Assembly: GCA_965248835.1 (NCBI GenBank)
Contig: CBDFLJ010000002.1
Location: forward strand, 1,888,001 to 1,952,000
Origin: Alphaproteobacteria bacterium
Lineage (GTDB): Bacteria > Pseudomonadota > Alphaproteobacteria > MPNO01
Direction: 5' to 3'
DNA length: 64,000 bases
Shown piece after piece: positions 29,533 to 42,474 of the stretch (positions are counted from its first letter, which is position 1; each line of letters starts with the position of its first letter). Below the pieces are notes generated by a model. The model saw only the letters and a program-made list of their open reading frames with translations, had not been told where the DNA came from and made no database searches. Made by a program: the position numbers and the translations under genes.

Positions 29533-30657
29533 ATGGCGGCGAAACTATTCGAACCAATAGAGTTGCGTGGCGTGCGGCTGCCCAACCGCATTGTCGTGGC
29601 GCCGATGACGCAGTTCTCCGCCGATGACGGTGTCGCGGGCGACTGGCATCTGATGCATCTCGGCCAGTATGCGGTGTCCGGCGCCGCGCTGGTATTGACC
29701 GAGTCCACATATGTCGCGGCGGGCGCGCGTAATGCGCCGAGTTGCCTGTCCCTCTACTCCGACGAGCAGGAGACCGCCGTTGCGCGCATTGCGCAGTTTT
29801 TCGCGACTCATAGCGACGGGTATTTCGGCGTTCAGCTTTGCCATGCCGGGCGCAAGGCCTCCGCCCGGGAACCCTGGAAGGGCGGGGGACCCTTGTCGGC
29901 TGACGAAGGCGGCTATGAAGCGGTCGCGCCCTCGGCGGTGCCGCTCTCGGAAAAATGGCCGGCGCCGACACCTCTGTCTGCCGACGCCGTCTCCGATGTG
30001 ATCCAATGTTTCGTCGACGCGGCCCAGCGCGCGAAACGCGCCGGCGCCAAGGTCATCGAACTCCACGGCGCGCATGGCTATTTGATCCATCAGTTTCTAT
30101 CGCCGCTGACCAACCGGCGGAACGACGAATATGGCGGCAGCTTGGCCAACCGAATGCGTTTTGCGCTCGACGTGTTCAAAGCCGTTCGAGCGGTTTGGCC
30201 GTCTGACCTTCCCATCGGCATGCGCGTGTCCGCGACCGATTGGGTGGCGGGTGGCTGGTCTGTCGAAGAGACCATCGAGCTCGCCCGGGCGCTCGATGCG
30301 CACGGTTGCGATTACATCCATGTTTCCAGCGGGGGCTTGAGCCCGGCGCAGCAGATTACCGTGGGGCCGGGATACCAAACCGGGTTCGCCGAGGCCGTCA
30401 AGGCCGCCGTCGACATGCCGGTCATCGCGGTGGGGCAGATCAGCGAGCCTCGCCAAGCCGAAACCATTTTGCTTAGTGAGCAGGCGGATATGGTCGCCTT
30501 GGCGCGGCCGATGCTGTTTAACCCGCGATGGGTTTGGCATGCGGCGCAGGAGCTGGGTGAGCCGATAGCCTATCCGCGCCAATATGAGCGCGGCCACCCG
30601 GATAAATGGGGCGCAAGCGGAATCAATGCGCCCGGCAATCGCATACCCGAGAAATAG
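29533..30657 (+). CDS. NADH:flavin oxidoreductase (Old Yellow Enzyme, YqjM/NamA-like)
   Basis: NRIVVAPM, QLCHAGRKAS, HGAHGYLIHQFLSP, NRRNDEYGGS and QYER. Confidence 0.92.
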   Translation: MAAKLFEPIELRGVRLPNRIVVAPMTQFSADDGVAGDWHLMHLGQYAVSGAALVLTESTYVAAGARNAPSCLSLYSDEQETAVARIAQFFATHSDGYFGVQLCHAGRKASAREPWKGGGPLSADEGGYEAVAPSAVPLSEKWPAPTPLSADAVSDVIQCFVDAAQRAKRAGAKVIELHGAHGYLIHQFLSPLTNRRNDEYGGSLANRMRFALDVFKAVRAVWPSDLPIGMRVSATDWVAGGWSVEETIELARALDAHGCDYIHVSSGGLSPAQQITVGPGYQTGFAEAVKAAVDMPVIAVGQISEPRQAETILLSEQADMVALARPMLFNPRWVWHAAQELGEPIAYPRQYERGHPDKWGASGINAPGNRIPEK

Positions 30658-30664
30658 ATCGCAC

Positions 30665-30990
30665 CCGCTCAATCGGCTTCGCCGCCTCGAGGAGCTTGAG
30701 AAGGAGAACGAGCGGCTGCGCCGCGCGGTCTCCGAACTGACACTGGACAAGCAGATCCTCAAGGGTGAGCGCGTGCACGCCATCGGTTCGAGAGCGTGCG
30801 TGCGCGAACGCACGGGGAAATTTCTGAGCCCGTCGCGCCGTCGCCACTGCATCGACCATGTCCGCGGCCGGCTGAGGATCTCGGAGCGTCGGTCCTGCCG
30901 GGTGCTCGGGCAGCACCGCTCGACCCAACGCCATATCCCTCGCAGACGAGACGACGAGGGCCGCCTGGTTGCGGACATGATCGAGCCGGC
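30665..30990 (+). mobile_element. IS3-family transposase remnant (orfA end plus orfB start)
   Basis: RLEELEKENERLRRAVSELTLDKQILK ... LSPSRRR...SERRSCRVLGQHRSTQR. No DDE domain. Confidence 0.85.
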
Positions 30991-31008
30991 CTGCCGTAAT
31001 CACATCGC

Positions 31009-32202
31009 TTATGAAACGGGCGCCGGTTCACCGGCGGCGATGACCTCGTTGCCCGATGGCACGACGACGATCTGATCGGCCGGGTCTCGTATGGTGCCCG
31101 GCGGGTCCTCGCCGCGCTCCACGGCCTCGATCGCCTCGCTCAATAGACGCCGGAACATGACCACGCCGCGGTCCGATGTCGCCAGATGTTCCAGCGCATG
31201 CCGGGCGATCGACCGCTGGCTAACCTGCGCCTCCCAATCATCGGGTGTGCGCTGGGTTTCCTCGTAGTCGCGGACGACCTCCCCGTCGGGCGGTTGAAAG
31301 ATCCTCTTGCCGGGATCGATGCGTTCCACATGGAACCCGATCGTGTGCTCGTTATCGACGGGTACCCACCAGCCGACCATGCGGGCGCGCTCCGTCTCGC
31401 CATCGGGATCGGTGCCGGTTACATCGGGCGGCGGTATGCACTTTGCCGTCGGCACGAATATGGTGGAAGTGCGGATCAGCCTGTTACCGTCTTCCAGATC
31501 GGTTGTCCGGATATAAGAGACATGCCGATCCGAACGAACGAAGTCGAAGGTGGGTCTGATCCCCATCACGTCGGCAAAGTCGAACAGGCTTTGGTTGGTA
31601 CCATGGAGGGTGTAGATGTGGACCGGGTCGGCGGCGTTTTCATGGAGCTGCAGCCAGTTACAGGCCGCCACCGCACCGCGGCTGTAATTGCGGTAGGCGA
31701 GATACTCGGCGTCCTCGTCCTCCAGAATATCGTAGCGCGGCAATAGCGGCTTTTTGTCGAGCGGCCCCATATAGGCGAAAACCAGACCCCTGTATTCCTC
31801 CACCGGATACCACGGCTGTCGCACCTCGTGCTTATAAGGGCTTTCGTCGGGCTCGCCCGGCTGGTCGAGGCATTTGCCTTCTTCATTGAAATACCAGCCA
31901 TGGTAACAGCACCGCAGGCCGTGCTCTTCGATCCTGCCATATTCCAGCGAGGCCCCGCGATGGACGCAGTGGGCGCCCAACACGCCGACTCGGCCTGACT
32001 TGTCACGATAGGCGACCAACTCCTCGTCGAGGATTTTGAGGAATTTGGGCAGATCGGTGAGCTCTGACGAAATGCAGATGGGATGCCAGTAGCGCCGCAT
32101 CAGTTCGCCCATCGGCGTGCCGGCCCTGACATGCGTGAGCCTGACGTCTTCTTCGGGAACGATCGCGTTACGCCCGTAACCGGATCCGTCGGAATCGGGC
32201 AT
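31009..32202 (-). CDS. Rieske non-heme iron oxygenase alpha subunit (phthalate 4,5-dioxygenase/LigXa-like)
   Basis: Rieske CVHRG...CCYHGW, mononuclear Fe ENAADPVHIYTLH, GTPMGELMRRYW and EHLATSDRGV. Confidence 0.9.
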   Translation of the reverse strand: MPDSDGSGYGRNAIVPEEDVRLTHVRAGTPMGELMRRYWHPICISSELTDLPKFLKILDEELVAYRDKSGRVGVLGAHCVHRGASLEYGRIEEHGLRCCYHGWYFNEEGKCLDQPGEPDESPYKHEVRQPWYPVEEYRGLVFAYMGPLDKKPLLPRYDILEDEDAEYLAYRNYSRGAVAACNWLQLHENAADPVHIYTLHGTNQSLFDFADVMGIRPTFDFVRSDRHVSYIRTTDLEDGNRLIRTSTIFVPTAKCIPPPDVTGTDPDGETERARMVGWWVPVDNEHTIGFHVERIDPGKRIFQPPDGEVVRDYEETQRTPDDWEAQVSQRSIARHALEHLATSDRGVVMFRRLLSEAIEAVERGEDPPGTIRDPADQIVVVPSGNEVIAAGEPAPVS

Positions 32203-32355
32203 CGATAAAACCTCCCAGAGCGAAAAGTCGTTCTTGTTCTGGACGTTGGCACGTGGGGGCGTGGCAGCCGGAGCATGGATTCGATGAAGCTGATTGTCAA
32301 GAAAGCGCCCACTATCAACGAGGGAAGCGCTTTCAAAAATTTTGTTTGAACCTCA

Positions 32356-32473
32356 GATCTCGGATACATCGACCTGGAACAAAGAACCTTGCAAACAATC
32401 GACAACCCGTTCGGCATGAGGTCGTCACCCATGTCTCAGGTACGTTCCGTTACCTTTGTCTCCGGGTCGGACA
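32356..32473 (+). mobile_element. IS481-family right-end remnant
   Basis: Encodes DLGYIDLEQRTLQTIDNPFGMRSSPMS, an IS481-type transposase C-terminus. Followed by the internally repeated end gtcacccatgtctc...gttacctttgtctccgggtcggaca, which ends in ACA. Confidence 0.75.
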
Positions 32474-32482
32474 TTGAGAGCG

Positions 32483-32558
32483 TGGTGCGCGCACCAGGAC
32501 TCGAACCTGGGACCCACTGATTAAAAGTCAGTTGCTCTACCACCTGAGCTATGCGCGC
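32483..32558 (-). tRNA. tRNA-Lys(TTT)
   Basis: GCGCGCATAGCTCAGGTGGTAGAGCAACTGACTTTTAATCAGTGGGTCCCAGGTTCGAGTCCTGGTGCGCGCACCA: 76 nt, cloverleaf, encoded CCA. Confidence 0.97.
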
Positions 32559-32659
32559 GCCTGTCTCAGGTGCCGCGTGCCGGCTGCGCGACCTTATGGG
32601 GTCGCAGATCGGGGGTCAAGGCGCTGTCCCGGTTCAGGCACCGCGCCGCAAGGCGCCGA

Positions 32660-33166
32660 TCAGGGATCCCTGCAGCGCTCAGCCAGCTTGGCGGCGACCC
32701 GCGGCGAGACGAACGCGGTGATGTCGCCGCCCAGAATCGCGATCTCCTTGACCAGGCGCGAGGCGATGAACTGGTGCTTGTCCGAGGCCATCAGGCTGAT
32801 GGTCTCGACTTCGGGGTTGAGCTTGGCATTCATGCTCGACATCTGAAACTCGTAGTCGAAGTCGGAGACCGCGCGCAGGCCGCGGATGATCACCTTGGCG
32901 CCGTTCTCGACCGCGAAGTCCATCAACAGATTGTCGAATGCCTTGACCAGCACCCGTTGGGTCTCGCCCTCATTCAGCGCGGCGACTTCGTCCTCCACCA
33001 TCCGGACCCGTTCCCCGACATCGAAGAGCGGCCCCTTGCCGGTGTTGACCGCGACACCGACCACAACCCGGTCAACCACGTTGGCGGCGCGCTGGATGAC
33101 GTCGAGATGCCCGTTGGTGATGGGATCAAAGGTCCCCGGGTAGACCCCGGTCCGAAACTCGGCCAT
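32660..33166 (-). CDS. coaD: Phosphopantetheine adenylyltransferase
   Basis: YPGTFDPITNGH and RGLRAVSDFDYE. Confidence 0.96.
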   Translation of the reverse strand: MAEFRTGVYPGTFDPITNGHLDVIQRAANVVDRVVVGVAVNTGKGPLFDVGERVRMVEDEVAALNEGETQRVLVKAFDNLLMDFAVENGAKVIIRGLRAVSDFDYEFQMSSMNAKLNPEVETISLMASDKHQFIASRLVKEIAILGGDITAFVSPRVAAKLAERCRDP

Positions 33167-33213
33167 CGCCGATCGCTCCCCCTTGTCTACACGAACCGTC
33201 CCGGCCGCCGGCG

Positions 33214-35925
33214 TCAGAGCGCGCCGTTGCCGCCGTTGGCGTCCTCGTCGATGTCTTCGGACGGGTCGGCCAAGCGCGCGGCCGAGACCACCCGCTCGCT
33301 TTCTGCGGTCGCGAAAAGCTTGACCCCTTGCGTGCGCCGCCCGGCGATCCGGACATCGTCGACCGGCGAGCGGATCATGGTGCCGCCGTCGGTGACCAGC
33401 ATGATTTGATCGCCCGGCTCGACCGGGAACGCAGCCACCACCAGCCCGTTCCGCGCCGAGGTCTCGATGTTGGCGATCCCCTGCCCGCCCCGATTGGTCA
33501 CCCGGTACTCGTAGGCCGAGGTGCGCTTGCCGTAGCCGTTCTCGGTCACGCTCAGGATGAACTGCTCGGTGTCCTCGAACCGCGCAATGTCCTGATCGCT
33601 GAGCCCGAAGCGGCCGTTGGCTCCGGTGCCGTTCGACTCGGCCCGCCGCCGGCCGTTGGCATAGCGGATATAGGCGTCGCGCGCCTCGGTATCGAACTCG
33701 GTGTGGCCAAGCACGGTCATCGAGACGATGTCGTCATCGGGCGCCAAGCGGATGCCGCGCACACCGGTCGAGGTCCGCCCGCTGAAAACCCGTAGCTGGT
33801 CGACCGCAAAGCGGATGCATTTGCCGCTGCGCGCGGCAAGCAGGATGTCCTCGCCCTGCCCGCACGTCGCCACCCCGACCAGCCGGTCGCCGTCCTCCAG
33901 CTTCATGGCGATCTTGCCGTTCGCCATGATGTTGGCGAAATCGGTCAGCCGGTTGCGCCGGACGTTGCCGCTGGCGGTGGCGAAAACGATATCGAGGTCC
34001 TTCCAGGTCGCCTCTTCCTCGGGCATCGGCATGACGGTGGTGATGTTCTCGCCCGTTTCCAGCGGCAGCAGGTTGACCAGCGCCTTGCCGCGGGCCTGTG
34101 GTGTGGCCTCGGGCAGGCGGTAGACCTTGAGCCGATACACCTGGCCGCGCGAGGAGAAGAACAGGACCGAGGTGTGGGTGTCGCAGACGAAGACCTTTTC
34201 GAGGAAGTCGCCCTCCTTGGTCGCCATACCCGACCTTCCCTTGCCGCCGCGGCGCTGCGCCCGGTAGGTCGACAGCGCGACACGCTTGATGTAGCCAGAA
34301 TGGGTAACGGTGACGACCATCGCCTCGCGCTGGATCAAGTCTTCGATGTCGTGCTCGACCTCCGCCTCTTCCAGCGTCGTGCGGCGGTCCGTCTTGAAGG
34401 CCTGCTTGATCTCCTCGAGCTCTTCGCGAAGGATTCCCAGGATCCGCTCACGCGAGTCCAGGATCGCCAGGTAGTCGTTGATCTTCTCGGCCAGCACTTC
34501 GAGCTCGTCGCCGATCTTGTCGCGCTCGAGAGCCGTCAGGCGCTGCAGCCGGAGATCCAGGATGCCGCGGGCCTGGGCCTCGGACAGGGTGTAGGCGCCA
34601 TCGACCACCGCGCGGTCGGGCTCGTCCAGAAGCGCGATGACCGATGCGACCTCGTCCGCCGGCCACGCTGCCGCCATCAGCGCGGCCCGTGCGGCCGCCG
34701 GGTCGGGCGCCTTGCGGATCAGCTCGATCATCGCATCGATGTTCGCCACCGCAATCGCAAGCCCCGCCAGCAGATGGGCCCGCTCGCGCGCCTTACCGAG
34801 ATCGAAGACCGTGCGCCGCCTTATCACCTCTTCGCGGAAGTCGGTGAAGGCGCGCAGCATCACCTTGAGGTTCATGATCTGCGGCCGACCGTGGTCGAGC
34901 GCCAGCGTGTTGACGCCGAAGGTCGATTGCAGCGGCGAGAACCGGAAGATCTGGTTGAGCACGATCTCGGCCACCGCGTCGCGCTTGAGCTCGACCACGA
35001 CGCGCACGCCGTGGCGGTCGGACTCATCGCGCAGGTCCGAGATGCCCTCGATGCGCTTGGCGCGCACAAGCTCGGCGATCTTCTCGATCATCCGCGCCTT
35101 GTTCACCTGGTAGGGAATTTCGGTGATGATGATCGCCTCGCGGTCCTTGCGGATCGTCTCGACGTGGGTGCGTCCGCGCATCACCACCGAGCCGCGCCCG
35201 AAGTGATAGGCGGACCGGATGCCCGAGCGGCCGATAATGATCCCGCCGGTCGGGAAGTCCGGGCCCGGCACGATCTCCATCAGCGCATCGATGCCGATCT
35301 CCGGCGTGTCGAGGACGGCAAGGCAGGCATCGACGATCTCGCCCAGATTGTGCGGCGGCACGTTTGTCGCCATACCGACCGCAATCCCGCCGGCGCCGTT
35401 GACCAGGAGATTGGGGATCTTCGCCGGCAGCACCTCGGGCTCGCGCGCGGTCTCGTCGTAGTTGGCCTGGAAATTGACGGTCTCGCGGCCGATATCGTCC
35501 AGCATCTCGTGCGCGGCCCGGGTCAGGCGGACCTCGGTGTAGCGCATCGCCGCCGGCGGATCGCCGTCCATCGAGCCGAAATTGCCCTGCCCGTCGATCA
35601 GCGGCAGGCTCATCGAGAAGTCCTGGGCCATGCGCACCATCGCGTCATAGATCGCCGCGTCGCCGTGCGGGTGGTATTTGCCCATCACGTCGCCGACGAC
35701 CCGCGCCGATTTGCGATGGGGCCGGTTCCACTGATAGCCTTCCTCGTTCATCGCGAACAGGATCCGGCGGTGCACCGGCTTCAGCCCGTCGCGCACATCG
35801 GGCAGCGCTCGGGCAACGATCACGCTCATCGCGTAATCGAGATACGACCGCTCCATCTCCTCTTCGAGGCTGACCGGCGTGATATCGAAATCCGGCGTCG
35901 CCGGTGGTGGCTGGGCGTCTGTCAA
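33214..35925 (-). CDS. gyrA: DNA gyrase subunit A; TTG start inferred
   Basis: [23 protein letters not shown] and GyrA-box QRRGGKG. Confidence 0.97.
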   Translation of the reverse strand: MTDAQPPPATPDFDITPVSLEEEMERSYLDYAMSVIVARALPDVRDGLKPVHRRILFAMNEEGYQWNRPHRKSARVVGDVMGKYHPHGDAAIYDAMVRMAQDFSMSLPLIDGQGNFGSMDGDPPAAMRYTEVRLTRAAHEMLDDIGRETVNFQANYDETAREPEVLPAKIPNLLVNGAGGIAVGMATNVPPHNLGEIVDACLAVLDTPEIGIDALMEIVPGPDFPTGGIIIGRSGIRSAYHFGRGSVVMRGRTHVETIRKDREAIIITEIPYQVNKARMIEKIAELVRAKRIEGISDLRDESDRHGVRVVVELKRDAVAEIVLNQIFRFSPLQSTFGVNTLALDHGRPQIMNLKVMLRAFTDFREEVIRRRTVFDLGKARERAHLLAGLAIAVANIDAMIELIRKAPDPAAARAALMAAAWPADEVASVIALLDEPDRAVVDGAYTLSEAQARGILDLRLQRLTALERDKIGDELEVLAEKINDYLAILDSRERILGILREELEEIKQAFKTDRRTTLEEAEVEHDIEDLIQREAMVVTVTHSGYIKRVALSTYRAQRRGGKGRSGMATKEGDFLEKVFVCDTHTSVLFFSSRGQVYRLKVYRLPEATPQARGKALVNLLPLETGENITTVMPMPEEEATWKDLDIVFATASGNVRRNRLTDFANIMANGKIAMKLEDGDRLVGVATCGQGEDILLAARSGKCIRFAVDQLRVFSGRTSTGVRGIRLAPDDDIVSMTVLGHTEFDTEARDAYIRYANGRRRAESNGTGANGRFGLSDQDIARFEDTEQFILSVTENGYGKRTSAYEYRVTNRGGQGIANIETSARNGLVVAAFPVEPGDQIMLVTDGGTMIRSPVDDVRIAGRRTQGVKLFATAESERVVSAARLADPSEDIDEDANGGNGAL

Positions 35926-36102
35926 TGCACGTCGCGGGGCTCGAGGAAAGGCAAAATTAACGCGTTCCAAGCCAGCGGCCGGAACGCGGTCCGAACATCC
36001 CGAAACATAGCAGAATCAATTGACTCGCTCAACGTCGCCGGCGGCCTCGGCGCGATTTCGCCGGCCGCCGCCCGGTATCTGCGGCCAACCGGCGGAGCCG
36101 GT

Positions 36103-36581
36103 TCAGAACGGAATTTCGTCGTCGAGCTCCGCCCCGCCCCCGCCGGCCGGCGAACCGCCGAACTCGCTGTCGCGCTGATCCATTCCGCCGCCCATATCGC
36201 CGCCATATCGCCGGTGGAAGCGCCCTCGCCTCGGCTGTCCAGCATGGTCAACTCGCCGCGGTAACGCTGCAGCACCACCTCGGTCGAATAGCGGTCCTGG
36301 CCCTGCTGGTCCTGCCATTTGCGGGTCTGGAGCTGGCCCTCCAGGTAGACCTTCGATCCCTTGCGCAGGTACTTCTGGGCAACCTCGCCCAGCCGCTCGT
36401 TGAAAATGACCACGCGATGCCATTCGGTGCGTTCGCGCTGCTCGCCCGAGTTACGGTCGCGCCAGCGTTCGGAAGTCGCCACCGACATGTTGACGATAGG
36501 GTTTCCGTCGTTGGTATGACGGACTTCGGGATCCCGTCCCAGGTTTCCGATCAGAGTGACCTTGTTGACGCTGCCCGCCAT
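36103..36581 (-). CDS. ssb: Single-stranded DNA-binding protein with an apparent 1-nt frameshift near 36205
   Basis: The OB fold [15 protein letters not shown]...TEWHRV is in one frame. The Gly-rich tail ending LDDEIPF* is in another. Confidence 0.9.
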
Positions 36582-36706
36582 CTGCGCCTCCATTCTAGGT
36601 TGATGGCGCGATCATAGCGCAATGCATCCAGACTGCCAGCGCGCCCTGGGGATAAGCGGCCGCCTGCGGCCGAGTCTTTTCCGGGATTTCGCGCAAGGCG
36701 GCGCGG

Positions 36707-37660
36707 CTATGCCTCGATGACCCGAACCGGCGCGCCGGCGAGCCAAGCCTGGATGTTCTCGACCGCGCCGCCGTAATAGCCGCGATAGTTCTCGACCGTC
36801 ACATAGCCCAGATGCGGGGTGACGACGATGTTGTCGAGCCGCCGGAACGCGTGGTCCCGCGGCAGCGGCTCGATGTCGAAGACATCGAGCGCCGCACCGG
36901 CGATCGCACCGCGTTCGAGGACGTCGACCAGTGCCGCCTCATCGACGATCGGCCCGCGCGAGGTGTTGACCAGCCACGCCTGGGGCTTCATCAGCGCCAG
37001 GTCGGCGGCCGTGATCAGGCCGCGCGTGCGCTCGCTGAGGAGCTGGTGGATGGTGATGACGTCGGCCTCTGCCATGATCCGGGCCTTGCTCGACAGCACC
37101 GCGCCGGCCTCCGCGCAGCGCTCTTGGGTGAGGTTCCGGCTCCAGGCGATCACCTCCATCCCGAACGCCTTGCCGATACCGGCGACCTGACTGCCGAGCC
37201 GTCCGAGCCCGATGATGCCGAGCGTTTTGCCGCGCAGGCCGTAGCCTACGCTCTGTTGCCAGCCGCCCTCCCGTGTGGCCCGGTCCTCGCGCGGGATGTT
37301 GCGGACCAGAGCAAGGATCAGCCCCCAGGTGAGCTCGGCAGTCGGATAGCCGAGCGCGGGCGTGCCGCAGACCACGACCCCGTTGTCCCGGGCAGCCGCG
37401 ATGTCGATGGAGAGGTTGCGCATCCCGCTGGTCAGCAGCAGCTCCAGCTTGGGCAGCTTTTCGAACTGCGAGCGCGGGAACGGCGTGCGCTCGCGCATGA
37501 TGCAGATGATCTCGAAATCGCCCAGGCGTCGGGCGATCTCGTCCTCGCCATCGATATGGGTGTCGAAGATCTCGATCTCGACCGCGCCGGCCAGCACCGA
37601 CCAGTCGGCCATCTCCAGCGCGCAGCGCTGATAGTCGTCGATAATCGCGCAACGCTTCAT
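36707..37660 (-). CDS. D-2-hydroxyacid dehydrogenase family
   Basis: GLGRLG, VNTSRG, DVFDIEP and TPHLGY. Confidence 0.9.
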   Translation of the reverse strand: MKRCAIIDDYQRCALEMADWSVLAGAVEIEIFDTHIDGEDEIARRLGDFEIICIMRERTPFPRSQFEKLPKLELLLTSGMRNLSIDIAAARDNGVVVCGTPALGYPTAELTWGLILALVRNIPREDRATREGGWQQSVGYGLRGKTLGIIGLGRLGSQVAGIGKAFGMEVIAWSRNLTQERCAEAGAVLSSKARIMAEADVITIHQLLSERTRGLITAADLALMKPQAWLVNTSRGPIVDEAALVDVLERGAIAGAALDVFDIEPLPRDHAFRRLDNIVVTPHLGYVTVENYRGYYGGAVENIQAWLAGAPVRVIEA

Positions 37661-37719
37661 CAGCCGCTCCCCGGTTGATGGCGTATATTATCAGAACCGA
37701 CCATAGGGAGATCGCAGCC

Positions 37720-38682
37720 ATGGGCCATCTGCTGGACGGAAAGTGGACCTTCGAGGACAAGCTGGTCGAGCTCGACGGCGGCAAATACGCCAAGAAGCCG
37801 GCCCGGTTCCGCAACCGGGTGAGTGCCGACGGCTCCAGCGGCTTCCCGGCTGCGCCGGGCCGCTACCACCTCTATTCCTCGCCCGGCTGCCCGTGGGCGC
37901 ACCGCGCCGTGCTGTTCCGCGTCCTCAACCGGCTGGAGCCGGTGATCGGCCTGACCGATACCGAACAGCGCGAGGGCGGTGAAGGCTGGGCGTTCGGCGC
38001 CGGCGGCCACCTCGTGCCGGGCACCGACCGCCGGGTCGAATACCTGCATGAGATCTACAGCCTGTCCGATCCGACCTGCACGACGCGGGTGACGGTCCCG
38101 ACCTTGTGGGATTCCGAGACCCGCAAGATCGTCAGCAACGAATCTTCGGAGATCATCCGGATGTTCAACGCCGAGTTCGCCGCGTTCGTCGAGCCCAGCC
38201 CCAACTACTGCCCGGCCGCGCAAATGGCCGAGATCGATGCGGTGAATGCCCGGGTCCTCGACGGCATCAACAACGCGGTCAACGAATGCGGCCGGTCGGT
38301 CACCCAGGACGCCTACGAAGCCGCCTTCGACAAGCTGTTCGACACGCTCCAGGAGCTCGATGCGCGTCTGTCGCACCAGCGCTATCTGTGCGGCAACGCC
38401 CAGACCGAGGCGGATTGGCGGCTCTACCCCAACCTGATCCGCTTCGATGCCGTCTACTACCTCGGATACAAGTGCAACCTCCGCCGTATCGAGGATTTTC
38501 CCAACTTGTCGAATTATTTGCGCGATCTCTACCAGACGCCGGGGATTGCCGCCGTCAGCGATGTCGAGGCGATGAAGCGGGGCTCCTTCTCCAAGGCCGG
38601 GCCGATCGGCGCGAACGGCATCATCCCCAAGGGCCCCGCGCTCGACCTCGACCGCCCGCACGACCGCGGCAGGTTCGATTAG
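37720..38682 (+). CDS. Glutathionyl-hydroquinone reductase (YqjG / GST Xi class)
   Basis: GRYHLY...CPWAHR, TVPTLWD, NESSEI and RFDAVY. Confidence 0.88.
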   Translation: MGHLLDGKWTFEDKLVELDGGKYAKKPARFRNRVSADGSSGFPAAPGRYHLYSSPGCPWAHRAVLFRVLNRLEPVIGLTDTEQREGGEGWAFGAGGHLVPGTDRRVEYLHEIYSLSDPTCTTRVTVPTLWDSETRKIVSNESSEIIRMFNAEFAAFVEPSPNYCPAAQMAEIDAVNARVLDGINNAVNECGRSVTQDAYEAAFDKLFDTLQELDARLSHQRYLCGNAQTEADWRLYPNLIRFDAVYYLGYKCNLRRIEDFPNLSNYLRDLYQTPGIAAVSDVEAMKRGSFSKAGPIGANGIIPKGPALDLDRPHDRGRFD

Positions 38683-38687
38683 CGCCT

Positions 38688-38733
38688 GTTGCGGTCGGAT
38701 CGCGCCGATCCGCCCCCCGGGGCCGACCGCAAC
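38688..38733. repeat. Intergenic inverted repeat (hairpin) after the GST gene
   Basis: gttgcggtcgg (38688-38698) pairs with ccgaccgcaac (38723-38733). No U-tract. Confidence 0.55.
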
Positions 38734-38829
38734 GAACGCTCGGGCCGCCTGGCGATGGTTCGGGGCGGAATCGGCTGGCCTCGCCGGCGGTGCCGGGCCA
38801 TAGTGTGAAAGTCCATATTTCGGGTCGTC

Positions 38830-41697
<2,868 letters not shown>

Positions 41698-41739
41698 AGG
41701 GCTCGACCCCCGAGGGGCTTTCCGGCATTTTGCGGTTCC

Positions 41740-42474
41740 GTGACAAATTCAGAGCTTTGGACCGGTCGCCAGATGACTGAAATCCGTGGCCATCAGATGA
41801 GCCGCGAAGACATCCTCGACGGCACGATCGAGACCGTCGTCCGCGACGCCCTCGTCCGCTACAACGTCCCGCTGAAGTCGGCCGAGGAGCGCCGGGCGAT
41901 CATGCGCTCGATGTTGGCCGGGCTCGCGCCGGGCGAGGACCCCTGGGTGTTCTGCTATGGCTCGCTGATCTGGAACCCCGCCTTCGCGTTCACCGAGAGC
42001 CGTTGCGGGAAGGTGTTCGGATACCACCGCCGGTTCACATTCTGGTCCAAGATGGGCCGCGGCAGCGCGGATCGGCCGGGCATGATGCTCGGGCTGGCCA
42101 GGGGCGGATCGTGCGCCGGGTTGGCGCTCAGGGTCGCCCACGAGCGCGCCGAGCACGAACTGCAATCGGTCTTCATGCGCGAGATGATGACCACCAGCTA
42201 TCATGCCCGGTTCGTGCCGGTGCATACCGACCGCGGCGTCGTCCGGGCGATCACCTTCATCGCCAATCCCGGGCACGTCTTCTATGCCGGGCGGGTGTCG
42301 TTGGAGACCGCCGCCCGGCACATTGCCTTCGCCGAGGGCCATCTGGGGCCATGCCGCGACTATCTGTACAACACGGTCCTGCACCTCGACGCGCACGGGA
42401 TCCGCGACCGCAGCATGCAGAGGCTGCTGCAGTTGGTGGAAGTCCACAGGGCGTCCCCGACCGAGACGGGATGA
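41740..42474 (+). CDS. chaC: Gamma-glutamylcyclotransferase (ChaC); start uncertain
   Basis: [21 protein letters not shown] and GPCRDYL. Confidence 0.85.
   Translation: MTNSELWTGRQMTEIRGHQMSREDILDGTIETVVRDALVRYNVPLKSAEERRAIMRSMLAGLAPGEDPWVFCYGSLIWNPAFAFTESRCGKVFGYHRRFTFWSKMGRGSADRPGMMLGLARGGSCAGLALRVAHERAEHELQSVFMREMMTTSYHARFVPVHTDRGVVRAITFIANPGHVFYAGRVSLETAARHIAFAEGHLGPCRDYLYNTVLHLDAHGIRDRSMQRLLQLVEVHRASPTETG

Noticed and set aside
30764-30813. Insert in the IS3 remnant as a group II intron
   Set aside because: Far too short, with no domain V or RT ORF.
33560-33710. Insertion in the GyrA C-terminal domain
   Set aside because: It resembles the usual alphaproteobacterial GyrA insert and has no intein motifs.
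35950-35975. TTAA half-sites upstream of gyrA and dnaB as CtrA boxes
   Set aside because: No full TTAA-N7-TTAA match.
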